A stretch of 32,000 nt of DNA, taken from contig CP002161.1 of NCBI GenBank assembly GCA_000147015.1, forward strand, positions 150,001-182,000, written 5' to 3'. This document shows, one piece after another, positions 1 through 14,952 of the stretch (the stretch's first letter is position 1; each line of letters starts with the position of its first letter). A program made the position numbers and the translations under genes. Under the pieces are notes generated by a model, which searched no databases, had not been told where the DNA came from, and saw only the letters and a list, made by a program, of their open reading frames with translations. The DNA is from Candidatus Saccharimonadota bacterium (GTDB taxonomy: Bacteria > Pseudomonadota > Gammaproteobacteria > Burkholderiales > Burkholderiaceae).

Positions 1-1
1 A

Positions 2-562
2 GGATTATATATATATAAAAACAGTTATTTTTTTTATATATATAAAAAAAATAAAATTAAAAAAATTAATAAAAATAATTTTAAAATTAAAAATATTTTT
101 TTTATAAACTATATTAAAAATAATTATTTTAAAAAAAAAAGTAATATAATATTAATAAATAGTAATATTAATAAAATAATAAATAAAATAAATAAAAATA
201 AAATAAACATTAAAATAAAAATCAAAAAAATAAAAAAAAAAATATTAAAATATTATAAAAAATATAAAAAAATAAATATAATTAAAAATATAATTAAAAT
301 TAATAAAAAATATTATAAAAAAAATATATTATTAAATTTAAACATTAAATTATTAAATTTTAAAAATATATTTTATTTTATAAAATATATTTTTAAAATT
401 TATAATATTAATAAAAAAAATTACTATTTGTTAAATAAAGATCTTAAATTAATTTATTATTTAAATTTTAAAAAAAAAATAAAACTATATATAAAATTAA
501 AATTATTTAATATCATAAATAATAAATATTATTCAATTTTTTTAAAAAATGAAAAAAATTAA
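2..562 (+). CDS. 3' portion of an unidentified protein-coding gene entering from upstream (5' end outside window)
   Basis: The frame starting at nt 2 runs 186 sense codons with no TAA, TAG or TGA until TAA at 560-562. It is absent from the ORF track because it has no in-window start codon. An open frame this long is improbable by chance in such AT-rich DNA. It is A-rich like the other plus-strand genes and overlaps the sucA start by 14 nt, as other gene pairs here do. The product is K/N/I/Y low-complexity with no motif I recognise. Confidence 0.55.
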   Translation, partial: GLYIYKNSYFFYIYKKNKIKKINKNNFKIKNIFFINYIKNNYFKKKSNIILINSNINKIINKINKNKINIKIKIKKIKKKILKYYKKYKKINIIKNIIKINKKYYKKNILLNLNIKLLNFKNIFYFIKYIFKIYNINKKNYYLLNKDLKLIYYLNFKKKIKLYIKLKLFNIINNKYYSIFLKNEKN

Positions 563-3189
563 AATATCATATGAAAATATTAAATTTATAGAAAATATAA
601 ATAATTCTTATATAAAAAATAAAAATAAAAAATTTAAAATATTTTTTAAAAAAAATAAAAAAAAAAATAAAAATAATTTAAAATATAAAGTAAAAAAAAT
701 AATAAATTTTTATCGAAACTTTGGATTTATATATTCAGATATAAATCCTTTAAAAAAAAAAAAAAAATTAAATTTTAATTATTTTAAAATTAAAAAATAT
801 AAATATAAAATTAATAAATATATTAAAAAATATACATATTTTAAAAATAAAATTAATAATATAAAAAAATTAAAAAAAATTTTGGAAAAAACTTATTGTA
901 ATAAAATAGGTTATGAATTTAATTATATTAAAAATTATAAAGAAAATAAATGAATTAAAAAAAAAATAGAAAATAAACTAAATAAATATAAATTTAATAA
1001 ATTAGAAAAAAAAGAAATATTAAAATATTTAATATATACAAAAGAATTTGAAAAATGTATAAATAATAAATTTTTAGCTCAAAAGAGATTTTCTTTAGAA
1101 GGTTCTGAAAGTTTTATTATTTTATTAAAATTTTTATTAAAATTTATTAATAAAAAATATAAAATAAACGAAATTATAATTGGAATGGCACATAGAGGAC
1201 GTTTAAATACTTTAGTTAATTTTATGGGAAAAAATATAAATAAAATTTTTAAAGAATTTAAAGGTAAAAAATTAAAAAATAATTTTTCTGGTGATGTTAA
1301 ATATCATAAAGGATATTGTAGTACTATATTATTAAATAATAAAAAAATTTTAAATTTAATTTTATTATATAATCCTTCTCATTTAGAAAAAATAAATCCA
1401 ATATTACAAGGTATTACAAAAAATAGAAAAAATTTTTTTAAAAAAAATATAATACCAATATTAATTCATGGAGATTCATCATTTTCAGGACAAGGCATTG
1501 TAATGGAAACTTTAAATTTACAAAAAATAAATGGTTATTCAAATAACGGAACTATACATATAATAATAAATAACCAAATAGGATTTACAACTTCGAATAA
1601 TAAGAATCAAAGATCAACAAAATTTTGTTCTGATATAGCAAAAATGTTTGAAATGCCTGTATTACATGTTAATAGTAATAGTGTAGAAAAAGTTATTATT
1701 GTATTAAAATTTGCTTTAGATTATAAAATTAAATTTAAAAAAGATATTATAATAAATTTAATATCATATAGAAAATTAGGACATAATGAACAAGATAATC
1801 CCAATATTACTCAACCATTAATGTATAAAAAAATTAAAAATATTAAAGAAATAAAAAAAATATATAATAATAAATTATTAAAAAAAAATATAATTAATAA
1901 TAACTATATTATTAAAATAAAAAATGAATTTTATAATAATATAAAAAATAATAATTTAATAAATTATCCTATAAAAAATATAAAAAATAAAATTTTTTAT
2001 ATAAATAAAAATATAAAAAATAAAATAATAATTACAAAAATTTCTTATAAAAAAATAAAATATCTTATTAGCAAAATTATTAAAATACCAAAAATAATAA
2101 ATATTCATCCCTTAATTAAAAAAATATTTAAAAATAAAAAAATAAATTTTAAAAATAAAATTATAGATTGATCTACTTCAGAAAATTTATTATTTTCATC
2201 AATTTTAAGCGAAGGTTTTTCAATAAGAATTACAGGACAAGATGTAAGTAGAGGTACTTTTTCTAATAGACATGCAGTAATATTTGATCAAATTTATAAA
2301 AAAAAATATATACCATTAAAAAAAATTTCATTTAAAAAATCAAAATTTGAAATAAATAATACAATTTTATCTGAAGAAGCAATTTTAGGATTTGAATATG
2401 GTTATTCAATTTCAAATTCAAAAAATATAACAATATGAGAAGCTCAATTTGGTGATTTTTCTAATTGTGCTCAAGTAATAATTGATCAATTTATAACTTC
2501 AGGAGAAAAAAAATGAAATATAAGTTCTAATTTAATAATATTTTTACCACACGGTTATGAAGGGCAAGGTCCAGAACATTCTTCTTCTAGAATAGAAAGA
2601 TTTTTACAATTATCTTCTAATAATAATATAGTAATTTCTCAACCAAATAATTCTTCACAATTATTTCATTTAATAAGAAAACAAATTTATAATAATAAAA
2701 TTAAACCATTAATAGTATTAACACCCAAATCTTTATTAAGAAATAAAAATATAAGTTCAAAAATAAAAGAATTTACAAATGGTTTTTTTAGACCAATAAA
2801 TTTTAATAATGATAAAATTTTATTTTTTAATAAAATAAAATATTTAGCATTTTGTAGTGGTAAAATATATTATGATTTAAATAAAATTTATATTAAGAAT
2901 AATTTAAAAAATGTTTTTATATTTAGTTTAGATAAAATATATCCATTTCCTAAAAAAATATTTTTTAGTATTTTAAATAAATTTAAAAAAATAAAAAAAA
3001 TATTTTGAATACAAGATGAACCAAAAAATCAAGGGATATGAAAATATTTCAAATATATAGTTTCTAAAAAATATAAAAAAATAATATTTATAGGAAGAAA
3101 AAATAATTCTTCTACTTCTAGTGGTTCTTTTATTAATCATTGTAAAGAAAAAAATAAAATTATAAATTTTTTTTTAAAAAAAACTAAAA

Positions 3190-3200
<11 letters not shown>
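549..3200 (+). CDS. sucA: 2-oxoglutarate dehydrogenase E1 component
   Basis: Track ORFs 549-953 and 1185-2171 plus the untracked stretch to 3200 form one frame joined by in-frame TGA. Motifs: FYRNFGF..D.NPL, TYC..IGYEF, KRFSLEG, GMAHRGRLN, WEAQFGDF (W = TGA 2436-2438), LPHGYEGQGPEHSS, WIQDEPKNQG. Length 883 aa, with TAA at 3198-3200. Confidence 0.93.
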
Positions 3201-5890
<2,690 letters not shown>

Positions 5891-6535
5891 ATGAATTTTA
5901 AATATTTTAAAAATAAAATTAAAGTTATTATAACATGTAAAATACCTATATTTTATAATATATTTAGAATATTTATTTTTGTAGATAATTTTAATAAAAA
6001 AGAACATATAGTAATTACTTTAGGAAAAATTAAAAATAAAAAAATAATTTTAATAAGAATACATTCTGAATGTATAACTGGAGAATCTTTTTATAGTCAA
6101 AAATGCGATTGTGGTTTTCAATTAAAATTTTCTTTAAAAAAAATATTAATAGAAAAAAAAGGAATAATATTTTATTTAAGACAAGAAGGAAGAAATATAG
6201 GTATAAAAAATAAAATAAAAGTTTATTATTTACAAGATTTATGTTATGATACATATGATTCAAATATAAAATTTGGTTTTTTACCAGATTCAAGATATTA
6301 TTATATTTTATTTTTTATGATATTATTTTTTAATTTAAAATATATAAAAATTATTACTAATAATATAGAAAAAATAAAATATTTAAATAAAATAAATTTA
6401 AAAATAATAAAAAGAATACCTATAATAAATAAAAATTTTATTAATAAAAAATATTTAAATATAAAATTTTTAAAATTTAAACATAAAATAATAAATTTTT
6501 TAAATATTTTTAATAAGATAAAATGAAAATTATAA
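5891..6535 (+). CDS. ribA: GTP cyclohydrolase II
   Basis: Motifs: RIHSECITGESFYSQKCDCG (zinc Cys triad), YLRQEGRNIG and ITNN. The track end at 6526 is a TGA. Under table 4 the frame continues three more codons (including the TGA-encoded Trp) to TAA at 6533-6535. The C-terminal third is low-complexity. Confidence 0.85.
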
Positions 6536-6819
6536 AATATAATTATTTTAAAAAAATAATAAATATTTCTTTATTTATATTAAATAAAAAAAAATTTAAA
6601 AAAATATATAAAGAAGTTAATATAAATATAAATATAATAAATAAAATATTTAATTTAAAAATTAAAAATAAAAATTTTTTTATAAATTTTGCTTTTATTA
6701 AAAAAAATAATTTTATAAGAAAAGATTTTTATATTAAAAATAAAAAAAATTATTTTAAATTTTCTAAATTAAAAATAAAAAATAAATTTTATAAAATAAA
6801 AAAAATAAATAATGAATAA
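6523..6819 (+). CDS. gatC: probable Asp/Glu-tRNA amidotransferase subunit C
   Basis: 98-aa ORF immediately upstream of gatA and overlapping it by 8 nt, matching the gatCAB arrangement and the size of GatC. Only weak, loosely colinear resemblance to GatC. The call rests mostly on position and length. Confidence 0.55.
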   Translation: MKIIKYNYFKKIINISLFILNKKKFKKIYKEVNININIINKIFNLKIKNKNFFINFAFIKKNNFIRKDFYIKNKKNYFKFSKLKIKNKFYKIKKINNE

Positions 6820-8242
6820 AAGTATTATTGAATTATCTAATTTATTAAAAAAAAAAAAAATTTCCTCTTTAGAATTAACAAAAATTTATTTAAAAAAAAT
6901 AAAAAATAGTAAATTAAATACATTTATAAATATAAATAAAAAAAAATCTATAAAAGATGCTAAAAAAGCAGATAAAATTATTTATAATAAAAATAATACT
7001 ATATTAACTGGTATACCCATAGCACACAAAGATATTTTTGTTACTAAATATAATAAAACAACCGCAGGTTCTAAATTTTTAAAAAAATATATTTCTCCTT
7101 ATGATTCTTTTATTATAAAAAAATTTAATAAATTTAATATGATAAATTTAGGAAAATTAAATTGTGATGAATTTGCAATAGGATCAGATAATTCAAATTC
7201 TTATTTTAAAAAAGTAATAAATTATTTAGATAAATTATCAATACCTGGTGGATCTTCAGGAGGATCTGCTTCTGCTGTTTCAGCAAATTTAATTCCAGCA
7301 GCTACTGCAAGTGATACAGGAGGATCTATTATACAACCATGTTCATTATGCGGCGTAACAGGTATTAAACCTACTTATGGTAGAATATCAAGATTTGGAA
7401 TGATTAGTTTTGCTTCATCATTAGATCAAGCAGGAATAATTTCAAATAATGCTGAAGATTGTGGTATATTATTAAGTATAATTTCAGGATTTGATAAAAA
7501 TGATAATACTAGTTTAAATAAAAATTTTGAATATTTTAATAAAAATTTAAATAAAAGTTTAGAAAAAACAATAATAGGATTACCTATAGAATTTTTTAAT
7601 CAAGGTTTATCTATTAAAATTGAAAATAAAATTAATGATGTAATTAAAATTTATAAAAAATTAGGAGTAAAATTTATTGATATATCTTTAAAAAAAAATA
7701 AAATATCAAATTTAACATATGATATATTATCTTCAATAGAAGTTATGTCAAATTTATCGCGTTATGATGGTATAAAATATGGTAAATATAATAAAAAAAA
7801 AAAATTTTTAAAAAATTTAATATATAATAGAAATTTTAATTTAGGTAAAGAAGTAAAAAAAAGAATATTAAAAGGTTTAATATATTCTTCATCTAAATAT
7901 TATAAAAATATATATTCAAAAAGTTTAAAATTTAGATATTCTATTTATAAAGAATATTATAATTTTTTTAATAATAATATTTTAAATTGTAATGCTATTT
8001 TAATTCCTATATTTTCAGATTTAGGTTATAATATAAAAAGTAAAAATATAAATAATAAAATGAATGATATTTTTACTATTTCTACTAATTTATCGGGTTT
8101 ACCTTCTATTTCTATTCCTTGTGGTTATATAAAAAATAAAATTTATAAAAAAAAAAATATAAGCTTTCAAATAATAGGTAATTATTATAAAGAAAATAAA
8201 ATATTAAATATTGCTCATAAATATCAAAATTTTATAAAATAA
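6812..8242 (+). CDS. gatA: Asp/Glu-tRNA amidotransferase subunit A
   Basis: Intact 476-aa ORF. Amidase signature GGSSGGSASAVSA...ASDTGGSI.QP, and KPTYGRISR.G.I.FASSLDQ.G. Confidence 0.95.
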   Translation: MNKSIIELSNLLKKKKISSLELTKIYLKKIKNSKLNTFININKKKSIKDAKKADKIIYNKNNTILTGIPIAHKDIFVTKYNKTTAGSKFLKKYISPYDSFIIKKFNKFNMINLGKLNCDEFAIGSDNSNSYFKKVINYLDKLSIPGGSSGGSASAVSANLIPAATASDTGGSIIQPCSLCGVTGIKPTYGRISRFGMISFASSLDQAGIISNNAEDCGILLSIISGFDKNDNTSLNKNFEYFNKNLNKSLEKTIIGLPIEFFNQGLSIKIENKINDVIKIYKKLGVKFIDISLKKNKISNLTYDILSSIEVMSNLSRYDGIKYGKYNKKKKFLKNLIYNRNFNLGKEVKKRILKGLIYSSSKYYKNIYSKSLKFRYSIYKEYYNFFNNNILNCNAILIPIFSDLGYNIKSKNINNKMNDIFTISTNLSGLPSISIPCGYIKNKIYKKKNISFQIIGNYYKENKILNIAHKYQNFIK

Positions 8243-8243
8243 A

Positions 8244-9698
8244 ATGAAAATAATAAATAATTTGGAACCTGTAATAGGTATAGAAACTCATGTTAGAATT
8301 CTAAGTAATTCTAAAATTTTTAGTAATTCAATTTCTAAATTCAGTAATATACCAAATAATAATATAAATTATATTGATTTAGCTTTTCCTGGTACACTAC
8401 CAAATTTTAATAAAAATTTAATAAATAAAATAATAAAATTATCATTAATAGTAAATGGTAAAATAAATTTAAAATCTTTTTTTTATAGAAAAAATTATTT
8501 TTATCCTGATTTACCTAAAGGATATCAAATAACTCAATTTAAAAAACAAATAATAAAAAATGGGTTTTTAAATTTTTTTTATAAAAAAAAAAATATTATA
8601 AAAGAAAAAAGAGTAAATTTATCTCATATACATATTGAGGAAGATGCAGCTAAATTAATACATGATAAAAAAAATACATATATAGATTTTAATAGAGTAA
8701 GTACACCATTATTAGAAATAGTAACAAAACCAGAAATAAAAAACTCAACAATAGCAGTAAATTATTTAAAATATTTAAACAATTTATTAATTTTATTTAA
8801 AATATATAATGGTAAAATAGAAGAAGGTAATTTTAGATCTGATATAAATATTTCTATAAAAAATAAAGATACAAATAAATTAGGAATTCGTTGTGAAATA
8901 AAAAATTTAAATTCTTTTAAATATATAAAAGATTCAATAAATTATGAAATTAAAAGACAATTAAATATTATAAAAAAAGGAGGAAATATTTTAAGTGAAA
9001 CTTTAAAATATAATAAAAAAAAAAAAATTACAATTTCTTTAAGAAATAAAGAAATTGATTTAGATTATAGATATATTATAGAACCTGATTTACCTCCTAT
9101 AATAATTAAAAAAAAATTAATAAAAAAAATAAAAAAAAAAATAAAAAAAACGCCATATCAAATATATAAAAAATATATTTTAAAATATAAATTTTCTAAA
9201 ATTCAAAGTTATTTATTAATAAAAAATAAAAATATATTAAAATATTTTAATAAAGTTTTAATATTTACAAATTTTAAATATCATAAAATAATAGTTAAAT
9301 GAATAATAAAATATTTAATTAATTTATTAAATAAAAATTCTATAAATATTAAAAATTCTTATATTAATCCTAAAAATTTTTCTAAATTTATAAAATTAAT
9401 AATAAAAAAAAAAAATGTTAACAAAAAATTAATTTTTTTAGAAATGTGAAAAAATAATGGTAAAATTAAAGTTAAAAAAATAAAAAATATAAAAGAAAAA
9501 AAAATTTATATAAAAATTAAAAAAATTTTTTTAAAAAATATAAATTTAATAAAAGATTATAAAAATGGAAATAAAAAAATAATAAATTTTTTAATGAAAA
9601 AATTAATAAAAAATACTAATAATAATTATAATAATTCAAAATTATATAAAATACTTAAAAATAAATTAAATGGTAAATATTATAAATTATCCAAATAA
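8244..9698 (+). CDS. gatB: Asp/Glu-tRNA amidotransferase subunit B
   Basis: Track ORF 8244-9302 ends at a TGA. The frame continues through a second TGA to TAA at 9696-9698, giving 484 aa. Motifs: GIETHV, PGTLP, YFYPDLPKGYQITQ, HIEEDAAKL, NRVSTPLLEIVT. C-terminal GatB/YqeY-like tail. Confidence 0.93.
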
Positions 9699-10104
9699 AA
9701 ATTTGTTTAAAATATCAAAAAAAATTTATAAAATTAATAATAAAATAAAAAACTTAATATTTTATATGTCAGAAATAATGTATAATTTATTAGGAATAGG
9801 ATTGTCTGCTATACAAATAAATAAAAAAAAAAAAATATTTATAATAGACATATCAAAAAATAAAAATAAATTAAAAATTTTTATAAATTCTAAAATATTA
9901 TATTTAAGTAAAAAAAAAATATATTTTAAAGAAGGTTGTTTATCATTTCCAGGTATATATAAAAATATAAAAAGATCTATATATATAAAAATAATATTTA
10001 TAAATATAAAAGGAAAATTTAAAATTTATAAGAGTAAAAACATTTTTTCTATATGTATACAACATGAAATAGAACATATAAATGGAAAAATATTTTTAAA
10101 TTAA
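9670..10104 (+). CDS. def: peptide deformylase
   Basis: All three deformylase motifs are present: GIGLSAIQI, EGCLSFPG and QHEIEHINGK. Length 144 aa. The start overlaps the gatB tail by 29 nt. Confidence 0.93.
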   Translation: MVNIINYPNKNLFKISKKIYKINNKIKNLIFYMSEIMYNLLGIGLSAIQINKKKKIFIIDISKNKNKLKIFINSKILYLSKKKIYFKEGCLSFPGIYKNIKRSIYIKIIFINIKGKFKIYKSKNIFSICIQHEIEHINGKIFLN

Positions 10105-10238
10105 TAAATATTAATTTTATATTTATTTAAATTTTTAAATATTTAATAATAATTTAAATTTATATAATTTTTTAATTATTTATCCTCTTAAAATAAAATG
10201 AAATTTTTATTTTATATATTTTAAATAAAAATTAATAT

Positions 10239-11228
10239 TTATATATTTCAATTTATAATTTTTTTTATAATTTTGATATTATTTTTAACTATTTTTTTTA
10301 TTTTAAAATAATTATTTTTTAAAATTTTTTTAATTATTTTAAAATTATTAATATTAATATATTTATTTTTAAATATATTTTTTTGTATTTTTAAAATAGA
10401 ATTATACAAAATTATTTTACAATTATTACATCCTATTTTAGCTGTTAAACATTTTTTTTTAATTTTATTTTTTATATTATTGTTAGAAAAAATTAAATGA
10501 TATTTTCAAATATTACATTTATTAGTATTACCTGGAATACTTTTATAAATTCTTTTTTTATCAGTTTTAATAATTTTTATTTTTTTTTTAATATTTTTTT
10601 TACTTTCTTTTAATTCAATAAAATTTTTATTACTTTTAGACATTTTAGTACCATCTATTCCTGGTACATTTGATAAATTAGATAAAATAATTTTTGGTAT
10701 TTTAAATACTTTTTTTTTATATTTTAAATTAAATTTATAAGATAATTTTTTAACAAATTCTATATTAGGTATTTGGTCATAACCAACTAAAACTTTATTT
10801 GTGTTATAAATTAATATATCTGATGCTTGTAATAAAGGATATGTAAAAGTAATATTATTTATATTTTTTTTACATTTTTTTAAATATTTATAATTAGGAA
10901 GATGTTTTAATAATTTTATAGATGTAATAGTAGATAAAAAAAAATATAATTCTTTATGTTCTTTTACTTTAGATTGTATAAATAAAATAGTTTTTTTAGG
11001 ATTTATACCTATATTTAAACAATCAATTAATATTTGTTTTATATTTAATTTAATATTTTTTAAATTCTTATAATTACTTAGAGAATGTAAATCTGCTATA
11101 AAAAATAAACATGAAAATTTATTTTGTAATTTTATAATTTTTTTAATTATTCCAAAATAATGACCAAAATGAATTTTACCTGTAGGTCTTATACCTGTTA
11201 TTAAATTACAATTATACATATTTAACAA
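10239..11228 (-). CDS. trpS: tryptophanyl-tRNA synthetase
   Basis: Track ORF 10506-11228 ends at a TGA (10506-10508). Hand translation continues in frame through another TGA to TAA at 10239-10241, giving 329 aa. Motifs: GIRPTG..HFGHY (HIGH), YPLLQASDIL, KMSKS, and a downstream C..C segment. Confidence 0.92.
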
Positions 11229-11246
11229 ATAATATAAAATTTTATA

Positions 11247-11795
11247 TTATAAATTAAAATATATTTTAAATATAAATAATATATAATTTAATATATCATT
11301 TTTATTTAAATAATTTATGTTAATTTTAATATGATATATTTTTTTATAAATATTAATTCTTTTTTTATATAAGATATATAATTTAGAAAAATTACTAAAT
11401 ATATTTTTTATTAATGGTCTATTAATTATATTATTATTTAATCTACTAATATTATTTATAAAATTTAATTCTAAATATATATTTAAACCAGTATTTCTTA
11501 ATAAATTTCTATTATAATTTAATATTAATGTACCACCCCCTGTAGATAAAATAATATTTTTTTTTATAATAATTTTTTTAAGAATTTTATTTTCTAAAAT
11601 CCTAAATATTTTTTCACCTTTTTTAAATATAAATTTTGAAATCTTCATATTTATATATTTTTCAATTTCATTATCAATATCATAAAATTTTTTTTTTATT
11701 TTTTTTGATAAAATTTTTGATATAGTAGTTTTACCAACTCCTGAAAAACCTAATAAATATATATTATTTAAATATTTAGGAAATTTTTGAAACAT
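11247..11795 (-). CDS. aroK: shikimate kinase
   Basis: Intact 182-aa ORF with P-loop LLGFSGVGKTT, then D.D..IE and STGGG, as in AroK. Confidence 0.85.
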   Translation of the reverse strand: MFQKFPKYLNNIYLLGFSGVGKTTISKILSKKIKKKFYDIDNEIEKYINMKISKFIFKKGEKIFRILENKILKKIIIKKNIILSTGGGTLILNYNRNLLRNTGLNIYLELNFINNISRLNNNIINRPLIKNIFSNFSKLYILYKKRINIYKKIYHIKININYLNKNDILNYILFIFKIYFNL

Positions 11796-13254
11796 GTAAT
11801 ATTATTTTTGCTTTATTTTCTGTTTCTTCTCACTCTTTAATAGGTTTAGAATCATATACTATACCTCCTGCAGCTTGTGTATATAAAATATTATTTTTTA
11901 TAATAGCAGTTCTAATAATAATAGCTAAATCCATATTATTATTATAAGATATATAACCACAAGCTCCTCCATAAATACTTCTTTTAATTGGTTCTAATTT
12001 ATTAATTATTTCTATTGATTTTATTTTTGGTGTACCTGTTAAAGTTCCCGCAGGAAAAGTAGCTTTTAATATATCTATATTATTGTAATTATATTTCAAC
12101 ATACCTTTAATATTAGAAACAATATGTTGAACATGAGAATATTTTTCAATTATCATTTTTTTTGTTAATTTTAAAGTTCCATTAACTATAATTTTGCTTA
12201 TATCATTTCTAGCTAAATCTATTAACATAATATGTTCAGCTATTTCTTTAGGATCATTAATTAATTCATTAAATATTTTTATATCTTCATAATTATTTTT
12301 ACCTCTAGGTCTTGTACCAGCTATAGGCCTTATAATTATTTTTTGTTTTAAATTTTTTTTTTTAACTATATGTTTTATAAAAGTTTCTGGAGAAGAACCA
12401 ATAATTTTAAATTCATTAAAATGTAAAAAATATAAATAAGGTGATGGATTAATATTTTTTAATATTTTATAAAATAATAAATCTAAACCATTATATTTTG
12501 TTTTAAAACATTGACTAATTTGTATTTGCATTAAATTACCATTTTCTATATTATTTTTAGCTTTTAAAATAGTTTTTAAATATTTTTTTTTTTTAAACAA
12601 TCTTATTATTTTATTATTATTTATATTTTTTTTTTTAATTAAAAAATTTACATTTTTTTTAAATATATAAATAATTTTATTAATTTTATTTATTTTAATA
12701 TTATATTTTTTAATATTATTTAATAAATAAAAAATATATATATAATTTAATTTATAATTAAAATATAAAAATTCTTCTACAATAAAAAAATATATATTAG
12801 GTAAATTTAAATAATTTATAAATTTATTTTTTATATTATTTTTTTTTTCTATATAATTTATAAAATCATAATTAAAATAACCTAATACACCTCCTGTAAA
12901 TTTAATATTTTTATTTAAAAAATAATTTTTTTTTGAAAATAAATTATTTATATATTCTAAAATATTTATATTTTTTATTATATTTATTTTTTTTTTATTA
13001 TAAAAAAATATTTTTTTATTATAAATAGAAATTTTTTTTATATTATTAATATTTAAAATAGAATATTTTTTTTTTACATTATTAATATTAAATTCTACTA
13101 TAAATGTATTTTTTTTCTTTTTTTTAAATAATTTTAATAATTTAATATAAATATTAAATGAATCAATTTTATTTAAAAATATTTTAATATATATAGGTAT
13201 ATTTTTATAACCTTTATTTAATAATTCAAATATTTTTTTTTTAAAAATTTTCAT
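11776..13254 (-). CDS. trpE: anthranilate synthase component I
   Basis: Track ORF 11830-13254 ends at a TGA. The frame continues (WEETENKAKIIL...) to TAA at 11776-11778, giving 492 aa. Motifs: LMQIQISQ, GSSPE, RPIAGTRPRG, EHIMLIDLARND, TFPAGTLTGTPK, GGIVYDS. The tail overlaps the aroK start by 20 nt. Confidence 0.92.
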
Positions 13255-14926
13255 AATTTATTTCTTTTATATATTGTAATATTAATTGAATTTTATTATT
13301 AAAATTATTTAAATATATTTTAAAAAAAACTAATATTTTATTATTAAAATTAATTATTTTATTATTATTAAATCAAATAGAATTATATATATTATTTTTT
13401 AATTTTAATAATAAAAAATTATGTTTTTTATTTATAATTTTTTGTTTAATAATATTAAAAAAATTATAAAATATTGGTTCTGAAAAATTATTTCCTCAAA
13501 TTTGTTTATTTAATAAAATAATAAATTTTTTATTAAAATATTTTACATTTAAATAACAATCAATTTTTAAAATTTTTTTATTTATATATTTATTATTTTT
13601 TTTTTTAATATAATTATTAAATTTTTTTTTAAATAAATTTAATTTATTTTTAAAAATAGTTAAACCTATTGCCATAGAATGTCCTCCAAATTTTTTTATA
13701 ATTTTAGAATTTGATTTATTAATTTTTTCTAAAATATTTTTTATATTTATATTTTTAATAGATCTTCCTGATCCTTTGATAAATTTTTTTTTTTTTGTTT
13801 TAGTAAAAATTATTGTTGGTAAATTAAATTTTTCTTTAATTTTAGAAGAAATAATACCTATAATACCTTCATGAAATTTTTTATTATATATAATTAAAGA
13901 ATAATATCTATTTATATTTATTTTGTTTATATAATTATTAATTATAAATAAAATACTTTTTTCTTTTTTTTTTCTTGTATTATTAATTTTTATAATACTT
14001 TTAATAATATTATTTAATTTTTTTTTATTATTTGTTAATAAAAATTTAATAGATAAATAAGGATCTTTAATTCTCCCAGTTGAATTTATTAAAGGAGATA
14101 TATAAAATATAATATCATTACAATTTATATTTTTTTTATTCTTATTTAAAAATTTTAATAATTTTAATATTCCTAAATTTTTTATATTTCTTATACCATT
14201 ATAAATTAATATTCTATTATTATAATCTAATTTTACAATATCTGCTAAAGTACCTATTGCCACAATGTCTAAAAAATTTTTAATTTTAATTTTTTTAAAA
14301 TTTAAAAATTTTTTTTTTAATTTATTATTTAAATGTAAAAGTAAATAAAATGTTACTCCAACACCTGATAAATTTTTAATTTTAGAATTATTTTTTTTAA
14401 AATTAGGATTAACTATTATACAATTATTAGGTATTTTTTTATTTGGTAAATGATGATCTGTTATTATTATTTTAATATTTTTTTTATTAGCATATTTTAT
14501 TCCTTTAAAACTAGATATACCATTATCTACAGTAATTATTAATTTAGTATTTTTTTTTAATTTTTTTATTATTTTAATAGATAAACCATAACCATATTTA
14601 AATCTATTAGGTATAAAATAATAAACATTAGCACCTAATTTTTTTAGTATTTTTATTGCTAAAACACATGAAGTAATACCATCACAATCATAGTCTGGTA
14701 TTATACATATTTTTTTTTTATTAAAAATATATTTTATAATAACTTTAGTAGCTTTTTCAATATTTAATAAATTTTTAGTTTTTATTAAATTTTTAAAATT
14801 ATAATTTATTTTTGATATTGATGAAACTTTTCTTGAAGAATAAATATTAGAAAATATTTTATCTAATTTTGAAAATAATAATTTTTTTTTATATTTTTTA
14901 TTTATTTTTTTTTTAAATATATACAT
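13241..14926 (-). CDS. recJ: single-stranded-DNA-specific exonuclease RecJ
   Basis: Track ORF 13496-14926 ends at a TGA. Hand translation continues through one more TGA to TAA at 13241-13243, giving 561 aa. DHH-family motifs: DYDCDGITS, TVDNGIS, ITDHH, GTLADIV, GGHSMAIG. The tail overlaps the trpE start by 14 nt. Confidence 0.88.
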
Positions 14927-14952
14927 TTTAAAAATATAAATTTTTAAAATTA

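Noticed and set aside
108-548. An apparent 440-bp A-rich non-coding gap upstream of sucA, first considered as an origin, regulatory region or gene relic.
   Set aside because: Codon-by-codon reading shows it belongs to one uninterrupted frame (2-562). It is better explained as the tail of an upstream gene. The shorter open frame 3-107 in another phase is coincidental.
10190-10213. A 9-bp inverted repeat (AAAATAAAA, 6-nt loop, TTTTATTTT) between the convergent def and trpS ends, as a possible bidirectional terminator.
   Set aside because: The stem is entirely A-T and therefore weak. Inverted repeats of this size are expected by chance at this base composition, so I did not list it as a feature.
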